NCBI GenBank assembly: GCA_051313645.2
Contig: JBNRSN020000008.1
Coordinates: forward strand, 50,468,001-50,532,000
Source: Centroscyllium fabricii
Taxonomy: Eukaryota
DNA length: 64,000 bases
Direction of reading: 5' to 3'
Within the stretch, counting starts at the first letter, position 1, and every line of letters starts with the position of its first letter. The notes beneath the pieces were generated by a model, which was not told the DNA's origin, did not search any database, and saw only the letters and a list, made by a program, of their open reading frames with translations. Below are positions 25,571 to 39,466 of the stretch, piece by piece. Position numbers and translations under genes: made by a program.

Positions 25571-26341
25571 GGGGGTTAAATTGGTCAGCCCATGTTTTGT
25601 GGTGCTGACCTCGGCGCAGCGCTATTTTTAGCGCCTGCCGATAGGTAGCACCGTTAAGGGTAAAATTCGCCTGCAGCGCCCATAGTAGGAGGGCGGGCGC
25701 AAAATCATGTGCTCGCCCTCGTTCTTAGGGTGCTGCAGCTGAATTTGCGGGCGCTGGAGGTCGCTGTGCCACGCAGCGCACAGTGGCGGCACACGGTACT
25801 GCAGGCTTTCCTCTCCGATTAAAGGGAATGGGCCTAGCGTGGCTGCGGCCAGAGCCCCGTGGGGCCGCCGTGGGACGAGATTCACCACAAGGAGCCCGGC
25901 ACTGGAGGGAAGTGCCGGGCTCAGTTGCCGGAGGCCTGACACCACAGGGGGAGCAGCGGGGTAGGCCGGGGAAGGCAGAGGAGGAAGGTGCTGGCAGTCG
26001 GCCAGCAATAAAAATGGCCGACCGGCACACTCGCCTTTAAGCAATGCTCCCCCGCTGCTGTTACGGCCCGAAAAAAGTGGCATGGGCAGCGCCCAGCGAT
26101 AACTCAGCAGGCACTGCCCAATTTCAGTCGCGGACGCCAGAATGGCGCTGCGCAACGTGATGACATCATTCCTGTCGGCCAGCTGGGTGCAAAATTCAGT
26201 AGGGCGCTACCAGCTAACCCCCAACTTAGCGCTCCACTGAATTTCACGCTAGACACACGCGCTGGCGCTAATTGTGCAGCGCCCCATTAGCCCCGTTTTT
26301 GGGCGCAAACAGGAAGGCGCAAGACCGCGAATTTCGCGCCC
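25571..26341. mobile_element. GC-rich non-autonomous DNA element (same family as 32350-33110)
   Basis: GGGG..AAATT / AATTT..CCC ends; colinear with the second copy. Confidence 0.7.
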
Positions 26342-26444
26342 TATAAGTTTTACTTATAATTTTAATTTGAAGGATATCTGTGTTTCTGTGTGTTTCTGTA
26401 TCTCTGTAACCTCCTCCAGCCCCACAATCCTCCCTACCTCTAAC

Positions 26445-26952
26445 GGGAGTGCAGAGAAGATTCACCAGGCTGATACCTGGGATGGCAGGATTGACATATG
26501 AGGAGAGACTGGGTAGACTGGGTTTGTACTCTCTGGAGTTTAGAAGATTGAGAGGGGATCTCATCGAAACGTATAAAATTCTAACTGGTCTGGAGAAACT
26601 TGATGCAGGAAGAATGTTCCTGATGGTCGGAGAGTCCAGAACCAGGGGTCATAGTCTAAGGATAAGGGGTAACTCATTTAGGACAGAGATGTGGAGGAAT
26701 TTCTTCATCCAGAGAGTGGTGAACCTGTGGAATTCTGTGCCACAGAGGGTGGTGGAGGCTAGTTCATTGAATATATTCAAGAAGGAGCTGGATGTATTTT
26801 TGAAGGCTAGAGGGATCAAGGGATATGGGGAGAGGGCAGGGACAGGGTACTGAGTTTGGATGATCAGCCATGATCTCATCGAATGGCGGAGCAGGCTCGA
26901 GGGGCCGAATGGCTTACTCCTGCTCCTATCTTCTATGTTTCTATGTTTCTAT
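26445..26952 (+). mobile_element. CR1 3' fragment
   Basis: QRRFTRLIPGM...ARGIKGYG; (TTCTATGT) tail. Confidence 0.92.
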
Positions 26953-27189
26953 GATACCAACGGAATCGGTAGATGCAGCATATGCTTTGAAATAGACTGT
27001 TCAGGATAAAGATGCCAGTCATGAATTAAAATGAAGATTTTAAATGCTTAGATGCTTGCAACTGTGGATGACATTAGCAAATAAGACTTTGGTACTCCGG
27101 CAAAATAATTATGATTTTTGTTATACGAGCATTGACACTAATGGTGACTCTAAAATTATTCCCGTAGCCTGCTGACATCTCCCATCAAT

Positions 27190-27470
27190 TGAACAAAAAC
27201 AACTTGCATTTATACAGCGTCTTTAACGTAGTAAAATATCCCAAGATGCTTCAAGTGGGAGTTAGCAAACATAATTTGACACCGAGCCACATAAGGAAAT
27301 ATTAGGATGGGTAACCAAAAGCTTGGTCAAAGAGCTAAGTTTCAAGAGGCGTCTTAAAGTAGAGGCAGAGAGGCAAGGAGGTTTAGGAAGGGAATTCCAG
27401 AGTTTAGCACCGAGGCAGCTGAAGGCACGGCCGCCAATGGTGGAGCGATGCAAATCAGGGATGCGCAAAC
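27190..27470 (-). mobile_element. L2 3' tail
   Basis: IGGRAFSCLGAKLWNSLPK; L2 terminal sequence. Confidence 0.8.
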
Positions 27471-29403
27471 ATTTGTTACTGCTATCATCCATTTCAGAGG
27501 ATCCTCCTACATCTCATTTTGCCTTTCTATCCGAGTAGAAAATTGCTGTCCAGAGTGAAGTCGATGTGAGTTAGGGTACGATAATAAGCGGGAAATTTCT
27601 CTGAGGAATAGTGCATCAAACAGGTTTGTCAGATTACCCTCCTCCACTTCAAGGTGCAGTTTTGACATGAGCCCATATTAAATAATACACAAATAGCTCC
27701 AGCACATACTTAAAGTGTTAACCTTGACAGATTTATATGGTTTAGTGGTAATTTTTCAGCCGCTAATCTCGGTGGTCTTTCTCAAGGCAAGTTGTAGAGG
27801 AGTTGGCGCTAAGCCAGACAAACTCATATATGTTAACCCTTTAAGTGTATATTAGCGCTATTTAATGTTAAAAAATGTTAAATATTCAAATCAGAAACTC
27901 ACTAATTAATAAAGTTCATAGCTATAGAAACGTTTCCTGAAATCCTTGAACATTTACACTGGAGCCACAACACAGCAACGGTATCACTTTAAGTGCAGTT
28001 TTTTTGTTCCACAGTGGTGTGCCCTAGCACTAGTTACAACCTGAGCAGATCTGATATGCTCCATCCACCTTGTGCTGCGTTTGTGTCCGGGAAATGGTAT
28101 ATATTTAATATTGATACATCTTGCACATGTCATTTAATCGTCTCTATTGATTTTGTTTGTACTGTGTTCAGAGCAATGTTCAGACAGTGGCTTTGATTAG
28201 CCAGCGATGGTCCTCAAGACTGCTATGTAAACTAACACCATATCAATACACCTTCCAGTGTGATATCGCTTTCACAATCAATAGCTAAAGAAATTGGCCT
28301 TTAGAAAAGAACAATCTGCTTCTGGGGCCTACACAGATCAAGTAATTCTGGCTTTAACAATAGTCTTATGGTCACTTCAATGTTGATTTGATTAAAGACT
28401 GCAGTAGCTGGTTATATAGATTTTATTTTAAAGTGGAAGTAGCTGTTTCCTAGTCTTTTAATGGAACTATATTGAAATGTATTTTTTTTAAATCTCTATT
28501 TGCGTTCCATAACCATCTCATCCTTGTAATGACACACAAAATATTTACATTGTAACGGCAGTATTATATTTACTGATGGTCTCATTTCTGAGGCAGGCTG
28601 TAGAAATCAGGTTGGTTGACTTTTATTTTATGAGATTGACCTTAAATTGACCAGCAGGTAATTGCAAAAGCGACTTTGCAGTTTTCATCATTTGAGCAAC
28701 ATATATTTGTCTGCCGATGTGGTGTAAAAGTGAAGCACTTTGCAGTGAGAAGTGCTGTCAAAACACAAATATTTGAAGAGCCTGATCCAACGCATCTCAT
28801 CCAATCAGACTCGCCTCATAGATCTGCAGTAACATGGATCTCGTAGGTTCAAATAGACTCTTTGAATCGGACAGCTATATGTGGATGAAATACATGCGTA
28901 GGTAGAACACTAGCACACTTAATGCTTACTTTATGAAATTGGTTTTAAATGATCAAACCAAAAATTCCATTATATAAAACAAGAAATAAATGATAGAGGA
29001 ATTGTTTAAAACCGATTACAAAAAATCTAGTAAAATATATCAATAATATGGCCATTAGGGGATATGCTTTTCCCCGTCAGATATTGTACACTGTCCTTAC
29101 AAATAAGGTAACAATTGGCAAAAGAAAATCAACAACCCACGTAAAGAAAATGGCAGCATCCAGTTATCCAGTGTGAACTATTTTAAATCACATCGCATTA
29201 AATTTCATCTGGATTTTAAAAAAAAATACTCTTAACCTTTTTATGTTGTTTACGACTCTCGGGTTTACGGTGTCTAATATATTAGAAAAGGGAGAGAAAA
29301 ATCAATTGTTTTCTTTCTATACTGTGACATGTCAGAGAAGCATCACTGAGTAGGAGTATGATTAAAAACTGCCACTCTACAAAAGAAAAGCACACGAGTG
29401 GCA

Positions 29404-29783
29404 GCGGCACGGTGGCATAGTGGTTAGCACTGTTGTCTCACAGCACTAGAGACCCGGGTTCAAATCCCGCCTCGGGTGACTATCTGTGTGGAGTTTGCAC
29501 ATTCTCCCCGTGTCTGCGTGGGTTTCCTCCGGGTGCTCCGGTTTCGTCCCACAGTCTAAAGATGTGCGGGTTAGGTTGATTGGCCAGGATAAATTGACCA
29601 TTAGTGTTAGGGGGATTAAATATGTGGGGTTACGGCGATAGGGTGGGATATGTGTCGGTGCAGGCGCGATAGGGATATGGGGAGAGGGCAGGGATGGGGT
29701 ACTGAGTTTGGATGATCAGCCATGATCTCATTGAATGGCGGAGCAGGCTCAAAGGGCCTATCTTCTATGTTTCAATGTTTCTA
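29404..29783 (+). mobile_element. HE1/V-SINE joined to a CR1 3' UTR
   Basis: tRNA-like A/B boxes; V-domain TGTGGAGTTTGCACATTCTCCCCGTGTCTGCGTGGGTTTCCTCCGGGTGCTCCGGTTTC; tail matches 26820-26950. Confidence 0.88.
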
Positions 29784-29904
29784 TATACCACATGTTCTAA
29801 AAGTGACATCCAGAGCTAATTTTCTAAGGATAAACTGTAAGGTTTAGGTCTGTTAGGAAAGTGCTACATCCAGAATATAGATGTCCTTATTAAAAGTATT
29901 AAAG

Positions 29905-31247
29905 TCTGCCTTTGTTACCTCTAGGCTTGACTATTCCAATACACTGCTGGCTGGACTCCCACATTCTACCCTATGTAAACTTGAGGTCATCCAAAACTCA
30001 GCTGCCCATGTCCTAACTCACACCAAGTCCCGTTCACCCATCTCCCCTGTGCTCGCTGACCTACATTGGTTCCCGGTTAAGCAACGCCTCGATTCAAAAT
30101 TCTCATCCTTGTTTTTAAATCCCTCCATGACCTCGCCCCCTCCCTATCTCTGTAATCTCCTTCAGCCCCACAATCCCCCGAGATATCTGCGCTCCTTTAA
30201 TTCTGCCCTCTTGAGGATCCCTTATTATAATTGCTCAACCATTGGTGGCTGTGCCTTCTGTTGCCTCGGCCCTCAGCTCTGGAATTCCCTGCCTAAACCT
30301 CTCCGCCTCACTACCTCTCTTTCCTCCTTTAATGTGGAGGTGCCGGTGTTGGACTGGGGTGGACAAATGTAAGAAGTCTCACAACACCAGGTTATAGTCC
30401 AACAGTTTTATTTGAAAGCACAAGATTTCGGAGCGCTGCTCCTTCGTCAGGTGAAGTGAAGAGATGCATATAGGCACAGCATATATAGTCAGAAAACAAT
30501 GCTAGCTGATTACAGGTAATTTTTTGAACTGCCCTTTATCACACCTCGGCAGAGAGATAATCACAGCAATCAAAGGTGTGAATGGTGTCCAAACAGGTTA
30601 GTCAGGAAAAAAAATTCCATCCAAGAACAATGAGGTGGGGTCACAAGGGGTCAAATGTTGCACATGCTGGGGTCTGTATGAAAAACAAAAAACAAAGAAA
30701 AAACAATAAAAACTGAATTTTTTTTTTTTTGCTGGAAATCACAGCAGGTCCAGCTGCATTTGTGTAGAGAGAACAAGCCAATGATGACTTGAGTCTGGAT
30801 CACTCTATGTCAGGTGGGGTTACATATAGCGTGACATGAAGCCAAGATCCCAGTTGAGGCCGTCCTCATGAGTGCGGAACTTGGCTATCAGTTTCTGCTC
30901 ACCGATTTTGCGTTGTCATGTGTCTCAAAGGCCGCCTTGGAGAATGCTTATCCGAAGATCGGAGGCTGACTGTCCTTGACTGCTGAAGTGTTCCTCCACT
31001 GGGAGGGAACACTCCTGCCTGGCGATTGTTGTGCGGTGTCCGTTCATCCGTTGTCGCAGTGTCTGCATGGTTATTTTTATTACTTCCTCCTTTAAAACGC
31101 TCCTCTTTGACCAGCTTTTGGTCACCTGCCCTAATTTCTCCTTATGTGGCTCGGTGTCCAATTTTTTGTCTTTTATAACTCTTGTAAAGCGCTTTGAGAC
31201 GTTTTACTACTTTAAAGGTGCCATATAAATCCAAGTTGTTGTTGTTG
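29905..31247 (+). mobile_element. L2 3' fragment interrupted by a PLE
   Basis: AFVTSRLDYSN..IQNSAA..LHWFPV. Confidence 0.88.
30332..31075 (-). mobile_element. Penelope-like family 1 3' fragment (end of GIY-YIG + pseudo-LTR)
   Basis: TMQTLRQRMNGHR; TSD TTCCTCCTTTAA. Confidence 0.88.
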
Positions 31248-32349
31248 CAAAGTATGATTGGAAAGGAAAACAAGAAAATGGGAGTGGCATAGAAAGCTCT
31301 GGTGAAGACTTGGCACTGGCATGGGAATGGTAGAACAAATGGTTTCCTTCTCAGCTTGGCATTTCTACGATTTAGTCACAGTAATGGAACAGGAATTCGA
31401 CAGTTTGCATAATCTGGCCCAATTTATTTATTTAAATAAAAAATTGCATCCATTTACTTTTCCAAAGTCTGAAATAACAAAGCTGTTTAAATAGTAATAA
31501 TTGTAAAATATTCAATCTAGATATTTAAAACAATTATGTTTATAGTAAGAAATTAGTACGGATTCCCTGTCAATTTCACATCTGAAAAACCTTATCAGAA
31601 TGCATTCAGTATTGAGTTTGGTTCTGTTTTCCATATCCTTATTCCATTACTTTTTATTATCCACCCCCTGTCTGTCCCCCTCTCTTCCTCCTTTTCTCTA
31701 CCACATGCATTTCCTCAGTCCTGTGCATTATTCTGCCGCTGTGATGCATTTTAAGTTAGGAAATCAGCGATTTGGTAATTTTTTGACAATCACCTAATAA
31801 CAGTGTGTGGTTCACCTTTGAAGAAATCTCAGTTCAAAGGCCTCTGCAGACCTACTGTTGTGTTGCCTGTTGCTGTGACTCATTCGAATAATTGGCCCAA
31901 TCTGACACAGGTTTTGAACTGAGGAAGTTGAGCTTTATTAGCACAATCAGATGCAGCTTTTTAACTGAGGAAGTGGAGCTTTACTCACAGATGTAGATGT
32001 CTGCTTGATAAAGCAGGAACAGACAAGGCAGGTCTATTCACTGAGGAAAGGTGGGGGTAAAAATGGGAGTGAATGATGATGACCTCAGCTCTCTGAGTAC
32101 AAACTTATTCCTACTGAAGCAGACTGCTGAAAATACAAATAGTTTTTCTTTGCTTGTAATGGTATTTCACAGAGTGATAAATCATAATGTCACTGCCAAC
32201 ACTTAAACATATTCTACATGCATCTTGCATCTGTATATACTCTTTAAAAACTGCCTGATATGATTGACATATTGCCAATCCCATTAGGGTTTTGCAGATA
32301 GTCCAACATATATTGACATCAAATATCTCTCCTCCCCACACCCCCTCCA

Positions 32350-33110
32350 ATCAGATTAAAAGTTCGGTGGCGCCCATTTTGGGGCGCTAACCTCGGCGGC
32401 ACGCTACTTTTAGCGCCCGGCTAACGCTCGCACCGTTCCTCGGGAAATTCGGTTTTAGCACCCCAAGTAGAAGGTCGGGCGCTACTGCAGCCGCCCGATC
32501 TCGTTCTTTAGGCGCAACAACTGAATTTCGGGCGCTGTGGGTCACTGCGCCATGCTATGCAGAGTGCCGCGCCGCGGTACTGCAGGCCTTCCTCCCCTGA
32601 TTAAAGGGGAGTGGCCTAGCGCAGTTCTGGACGGAGCCCCGTTGGGCCGCCGGGGATCGCAATGCCGCCGAAGGAGCCCGGCATTCGAGGGAAGTGCCGG
32701 GCTCACAGAGCACAGCCAGCACACCACGGGGGGGGGGGGGGGCATCGGGGAAGGCCGGGGACGGCAGAGGGGGCAGGTGCTGGCAGTCGGCCAGCAAGAA
32801 AAATGGCCGCCCGGCACCCTTCCCTTTATTTATCGCTCCCCTGCTGCAAGCACGCCCCCCTGACCCTGTCGTTGGCAGCATCAGGCGGTACGGCAGCGGG
32901 CGCGACTGAAGTTCACGGCCGGGGCGCGAGCGGGGCGCTGCGTACTTCGATGACGTAGTCGCCGGCGGTGTACAGCCACGGGGCGATACCGGCTACCGCC
33001 CTCGCCAGCACCAAACTGAATATCGTGGGAGGCGCCAGCCCAGGCTTGCGCCCCATTAGTAGCCCTCTTAGGGTGCTAACGGGAGGCGCAAGCAACCAAG
33101 TTTTTCCCCC
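32350..33110. mobile_element. GC-rich non-autonomous DNA element
   Basis: Homologous to 25571-26341. Confidence 0.7.
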
Positions 33111-35886
33111 CAGTACTAAAATGTTACACTGCTACACTTATAAAATTCAGTGCATGAGGTTTGCCTCCATAGTTTACTATTATGAACAACAAACCTGATC
33201 TGCACAATGATGTTATTTATCATTTGCTGGCCGGTGAGGTTTCCCACCAGTGCAACCAATGCAGCAGATTTTATAGTAACAACTGTATAATGGACCAATT
33301 CTACTATTGCTTTTATGTTGATGTGAGATGGTTCTGGGTGCTCATTGTTGCAAAACTGTCACTATCACTCGGGAGTCAGGTCGGCAACCGGACTGTAGTC
33401 CATACTAAAAATGAGATGTGGGACCACATTCTATTGTAACTAAAGTGTCCAAAAAATCATTTTTGAAAGTTCAGACAATCAAATGGATCACTTGGATGCA
33501 TTTAATTTGGAATATTTCAACATCAGAAGATGTCTGTGTACTCCGAACATTAAATGTAACCAGTCTTCATAAGCCCAAAGTTCCGAGGTTCTCTCGACCC
33601 GGGCAAAGTGCAAAATGGAAGTGGGCAACAGAACTGAAGTCTCTGCCCCCCACTCTACAGTTACTGTGCAGGCCCCGCGCTGATCTGTTGATGTCAATCT
33701 CTTGGGTGACAAATTCAAGGATAGGCAGTGAGGGATGTGTGTCGTATGTAACCTTCGAGTGACCTGAGCTGCAAACCTCTGAGTGATAAAGATGCAAATG
33801 GCTTATCACATTGCGGTCACAAATGAGATAAATGTCATATCTCACAGTTCGCAGGTTTACAGTTTGTTTATATCACACATGACATTTGAACAGCACCAAC
33901 AATTTAAAAAATGTTGGTTGCGCTGCCACTTTGGCGCAGGCTTTTTTTATATTTGCGTGAATGGTCAAAAGGTGTAATAATTCCCAGGTAACACAATTCA
34001 GAGGTTAGGGTTTAAATGGCTCCAAACTGTGTAATCCACAAGAGCAGCTGGAATTGTGTATGCGATGCTCTTTTCAAAACAGAGATCAGGATATTTCAAT
34101 TCGTGCAACAGAGTTAATTTAATAGGATAAAATGCACTGCAATGCAGCAACGCAAGCTTTAAGTTTAGTCTAGCTTTAAACTCAGAAACACAGTGCATAA
34201 GTCAAGTTTACTTTTGAAACCAAATTTAAACTTAAAATCATGCAATATCGAAGACTATTAAAGTGGCAATGATGAAGAGTTGTAGTAGCTAACTGAATGA
34301 GTGATTTCCCCCCTGCCCCCACCTGATCCCCCTTTAAAGTTGGTCTATTTAAAAATGCAGGGTAGGCAGAAAGTTCAGCTAAATTATAGGCCAAGGCCTC
34401 ACACAACTTTGTCTGATGTTTACCCTAATCTTGACCTAGGGTGAATAAAAGTTCATGCAATTTTGCACATTTAGCACCGCTCCCAGTGACTCCTGCATCT
34501 TTGTCATGATCACAGGCTCATAAATCAACCAATTTCTTAGCAAAATAGAGAGCACTTTGGTTGCAATGTCTAATTTAAACTGTTGTGAAAATGCAAGTAA
34601 CTATTATGCAGAGTTGGATCAATCCACAAAGTCATGGTAACAATTCTGTGGGAATTCTATGAACACTTCAGTGATTCATTATTCCTGTTGCAATATATTA
34701 TAGAATATAATATCAGGCACTTAAAAAATGACCTGAGTTTCATCTGAATGCCTGCATGATGTCTAATAAAAACCTTTAACTCCCTTCAGTTTGAAAGCTT
34801 TTTTTTCTCAGCAACACCTTCAGGCAATTCCAGTTTGAAAAATATTTTAAAACATAATATTTTTGCACACTTGCAGGAATTTTTAATATAAATTGAACAC
34901 ATTAAAAATTAATTTTGCATGACCATTTTGCATCGCTGTGCCAAGGCCCTGTTTAAGATAAGGCCAAGCCTTGATGTTGAGCAACTGAAAGCTCATTTCT
35001 GTTATCTGCGCATAATTACTTCGGCTTTTTAATCAAAAATTTGCTATGCCACCCCTCTCCTTGCAGCCCCAGCCGTGAATGACTGAAGCCCCACTTGACT
35101 CCCCGAGGAAAAGCAAGATGTATAAACTTTGGAGAAGCTCATTAAATGAAGGTGTGATCTGAGTGTCGGCTGGGGTGATGCCACAGGCTTCAGCAGCTTG
35201 CAAGCTATTCACAGCAAATTTCATTCATTGTTAAAAAAGGGATCAAATACACTCTGAATTCATCAGAGCCTGCTATCAGTCTCATTTCTTTCCCCTACAG
35301 ATTCTTCCACCAATCTGATTTGTCAGGTCTACACGATTCTGTGTCTTGAGGTCAGCCATCCTGCACGTCCTTGGATACACATTGTGTATTCGAATATTTC
35401 TTTTGGTAAGAGCTTGGTTAGATTCCACTGCTCTCCGCCCCGCCCCCACCCCCCCCCCCCCACCCCCCCCCCCACTTGTTTTTGTCAATTTTTTTTGATT
35501 AGGCTTGTTGGCCAGAATTTTATGCCGAGGAATTCCCAGGGCAGGCATCGCACAGCAATGAGACATTGACAAATGTCTTGTACACCAGAGAGCTAGTCTT
35601 GTACAATCTGACATGCTGTAGTTGTTCTGCAGAGCTGACACGAGCAGCCTGCTGGCAGTCTGGTGTGCCAGTTGGGAGCTCACTGCGATTCACTGCGGTG
35701 ATCCGCCTGTTACACCTCTTGTGTTCTTCTTTTGTGGAGGAAGGTGAGAGTTAGAGCAACAACTAGAGCAACTGAACCCAGAGCAACTCACTGAAGTGTG
35801 CACCTGGTAAAGCACACAAAATTGATGAAGAATTACATTCTTCCAAAAAAAATAGAAATAGCCAACTTAGATAATATTTTTATGTA

Positions 35887-36569
35887 CAGGTTGTGCACCA
35901 TTAATCCGCCACGGGCGGGACCAGGCCCGTGCCGGGAAACTGAAAAAACCGGGAGAACGAAGTGAAACACTGCGCAAGCGCGCACCATTCAAAATGGCCA
36001 CGCGCATGCGCACAACATTGGGATTGGCTGGCGCGCGCATGCGCAGATCATCCAATAATGGCCGCCGCAAAGTTTTTTGAGGGGCTCAGGCTTGTATGGC
36101 GTTCCGTTTGCCTTTTAGGGCTGTCGGGCAGCAGTGAAAGGCCGGTCTTGCAGGGGGGGAAGGAGGGTTGTGCGGGCGCGGGTCGGGCCCAGTCGGTCCG
36201 CCTTCCCTCTCCATCGCCTTTGGGGTTGCTGCTGCCGCCGAGCCGGACTCAGGCTGACAGCTGTTGCCTGGTGACTGTCCGCCTCAGTCACGGGGCTCAG
36301 CTGTCGAGAAAATAACCGGCGGCCGTATTGAATTATCTGCGCATGCGCTAGCCATCCGGCGACGCATGCGCAGATCATTCAAAACACCCGGCAGCCGTTT
36401 TGAATGATCTGCACATGCGCTCGCCGGACGGCTAGCGCATGCGCAGATCATTCGCCGAAGCCGCGATGGCGGCTGCCATCTTGCGCATGTGCAGTGCAGT
36501 TGGGGCAATTTGTGCTGGCAGACTAAAGCTGCCGGCTTTTCGGGACACAGATTTTCGGTGCACAACCTG
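35887..36569. mobile_element. Tc1/mariner (pogo/Tigger-like) MITE
   Basis: 13-bp perfect TIR CAGGTTGTGCACC; TA TSD; repeated GCGCATGCGC palindromes. Confidence 0.85.
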
Positions 36570-36754
36570 TATTAAAAACAATGGTGCAGCCTTGGATAAC
36601 TAACAAAGTCAGGTGTCTCACAAGTTTGACCACACAGGTTGCTGAGAGCACAGAAAGACCTGGGAGACATTTGCGCCAGGGATCAGTGCTGCTGTGACAT
36701 GATATAATCACTCAGAACTGGATCTCAGAACTTGAATGGTGTCAGTGTCCCACT

Positions 36755-37192
36755 TCTGGTATGGAAATTGCACCATCTCGGACCGGAAGACCCTGCAGCG
36801 GGTGGTCAAAACTGCCCAACGAATCACCGGTACCCAGCTACCGTCAATGGAAAGCATCTACCTCAAACGCTGCCTACGGAGGTCTCTGAACATTATTAAA
36901 GACCCCACACACCCCAGCCACAGTCTGTTCGCCCCCCTGCCCTCCGGGAGACGCTACAGATCAATTCACACCCGCACGACCAGATTCAAGAACAGTGTCT
37001 TCCCCAGGGCTGTCAGCCACCTGAACTCTAAAAATAAACTCCGGTACCTGCACACCTGAAAATGTACTTTACTGTAATGCAATTTGCATGTAATTTATTT
37101 GCACTACTCTCGGGAGCGTTGAGTCTTTGTCTCGTTATATTGTACTAGTACTCTGCAATGACAATAAAACTTGAATTGAATTGAATTGAATT
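36755..37192 (+). mobile_element. Rex1/Babar fragment
   Basis: WYGNCTISDRK...; (AATTG)n tail. Confidence 0.9.
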
Positions 37193-37800
37193 CATGAAGA
37201 TTCTGCCTGTTGCTGATCTGGTTCACTGTCACAAAGTTTAAACTCTACTTAAAACAAAAGACATTTTGGTTCTGTAGCTTTAAAAAAAAAAAAAAAAATT
37301 ACTTCCAGGTCAGTGAGTGGGTTTGGGGTTCCAATGGCAGTAATGAAGAAACAAGCATGGTGCTCGTTTTAGCACTGAGTTTCATCTTGTGCTGAAATAA
37401 TGCCTGTGAGGGCAAACCCCTGATATAAGCAACCATTCTCGTCCAGTATCCTGCTTTCAACAGATATTCAAACCTGTAAGATTGTGGTTCTAATAATATT
37501 TGAAGGTATTTAACCTGGATCATTGTAGTTTAGGTTTTAAATCATCTTACAGCATTCAAGTTTTTTTTTAACAGCATGAACTATTTTCAAAAATAGTAGC
37601 TCACTGGACTTCACCTTTCAGATAATGATGCAACAACAGACGAGCCATTCCATTAGATAAGGCTTCTAATGCTGGCCAGTTAATTATTTTGCTAATTGGT
37701 CAAAGAATTAATAACATAGCCATTGTGGATACATCGTGAGCATCTCAGTTCGAATAGGGATGACTTAATAAGCTAGGACTCGTCAGCCTTGAAAGGTAAT

Positions 37801-38629
37801 GGGCCAGAATGTCCTCTGCTCCAGAGGAGCTGCACACGCACGGAGGGGGGTCCAAAATTCCCCGTGCGATGAACGCACGGGGGATGCCCACGAACGAGAA
37901 TTTCCTCTGCTGAGGGAGAAGGGCCCTCAGCATCAAACGCAGGAGTGAGTTGCACCCAGAATTTGCAATCCAAAAGGGTGATTTTTGGAGAGTGATTCTG
38001 TGGGCAACTGGCCCACAAGCTGCACCCGGAAAAAGCAGTAGTAAACTCGTGCGTGAGGGACAAGATTTAGTTACTAAAGCAGGTAAGTTAATTTTTTAAC
38101 TTTAATTTTAATTTTTTACAGTTTTTGGGAGTAATGTGGCCAGATCGGTAGCGTTAAATTTTTAAGTTAAAGTTTTTCAAAAAAATGTACAAATCCGATT
38201 TTAAGTTAATTTACCTGTTTCAAATCGCTAATTTTTAAAGTTAAATTTCTGAAATTTTTAACTCTCTAGCTGTAATAAAAAATCTAAGATAAAAAATGGC
38301 AGACTTACCTAGCGTTTCTTCCTCGGAGAAGCTGCTGTGCCCGTGCTGCTCCCCGCCGAGTCTGTGAGTGCAGCTCCGCACTTCCCTGCTCTCACAAAGG
38401 TCCGACTTGGGATCTGTGCGAATGTTTTTATTTAAATTAGGGATCTGGGGGCGTTTTTTATTTAAATTTGGGATCTGTGGGCGGGACATACACTGCGCAC
38501 CTAGCGTGGCTGGACTGCCACGCAGCGCAGGAACGGGGAGGAAAGTCAGGGAGCAACTTCTGTGCAATGTTGGTGCGTGCGAAAGGTGTCCGCAGGGTCC
38601 TAGCGCACGGACAGACAAAATTCTGGCCC
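37801..38629. mobile_element. PIF/Harbinger-like MITE (inverted relative of 59369-60217)
   Basis: TIR GGGCCAGAAT / ATTCTGGCCC; flanks AAT/ATT. Confidence 0.8.
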
Positions 38630-38819
38630 ATTAATGTCTTAGAAGGGACGTTATAGAGACACGTGAAGCATTTACCTGGATAGAAAAAAATCTTTTAGAT
38701 GCACCAAGGTAGCAGAACACTGGGTCAGGGTTATGATGGTGAAGTTTAGGACAGACAGAAGTATTTCTTTACGCAGAGGGTGATCATGGGCTGGAACAGG
38801 TTATCAGGAATGGTCAATT

Positions 38820-39466
38820 GTAAGAAGTCACACAACACCAGGTTATAGTCCAACAGTTTTATTTGAAATCACAAGCCTCTGGAGCGTAGCTCCTTCATCA
38901 GGTGTAAGTAAAAGAGATTCATTTAAACACAGCATATATAGAGGGAGAGAACAATGTCATTTTGCCAACTGTCCCACATCACACCTCAGCAGAGAGACAT
39001 TCATAGCAATCAAAGGTGTGAATGGTGTTTTAACAGATCAGTCAGGCAGGCACCACCCTGAGATCAATGAGGTGCAGTCACAAAGGGTCAAATGTTGCAG
39101 TCTGGTGTCTGTGTGAAAACCCACACAGAATGATTAAAAAAAAGGTTTTTCTTGCTGGAAATCGCAGCCGTATCCACGTAATGAGGACAAGCCAAAGACG
39201 ACTCACGTCTGGATGACTCTATGTCAAGTGGGGTCACATGTAGCGCAACATGAAGCCAATATCACGGTTGAGGCCATGTAGGACAGTTGGAAAGATTACA
39301 TTGTTTCCCTCCCTCTATATATGCTGTGTTTAAATGAATCTCTTTTACTTACACCTGATGAAGGAGCTACGCTCCGAAAGCTTGTGTTTTCAAATAAAAC
39401 TGTTGGACCTGGTGTTGTGTGACTTCTTAAAATTGTCCACCCCAGTCCAACACTGGCACCTCCACA
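38820..39466. mobile_element. Penelope-like family 1 inverted pseudo-LTR pair; intact hammerhead at 39351-39387 (+)
   Basis: TSD ATCAGGAATGGT; CUGAUGA A GGAGC UAC GCUCC GAAA GCUU. Confidence 0.88.

Noticed and set aside
25628-26155. Long overlapping ORFs in GC-rich MITEs (also 32.5, 36 and 58.6 kb)
   Set aside because: These are stop-poor GC-rich shadow frames with no transposase motifs.
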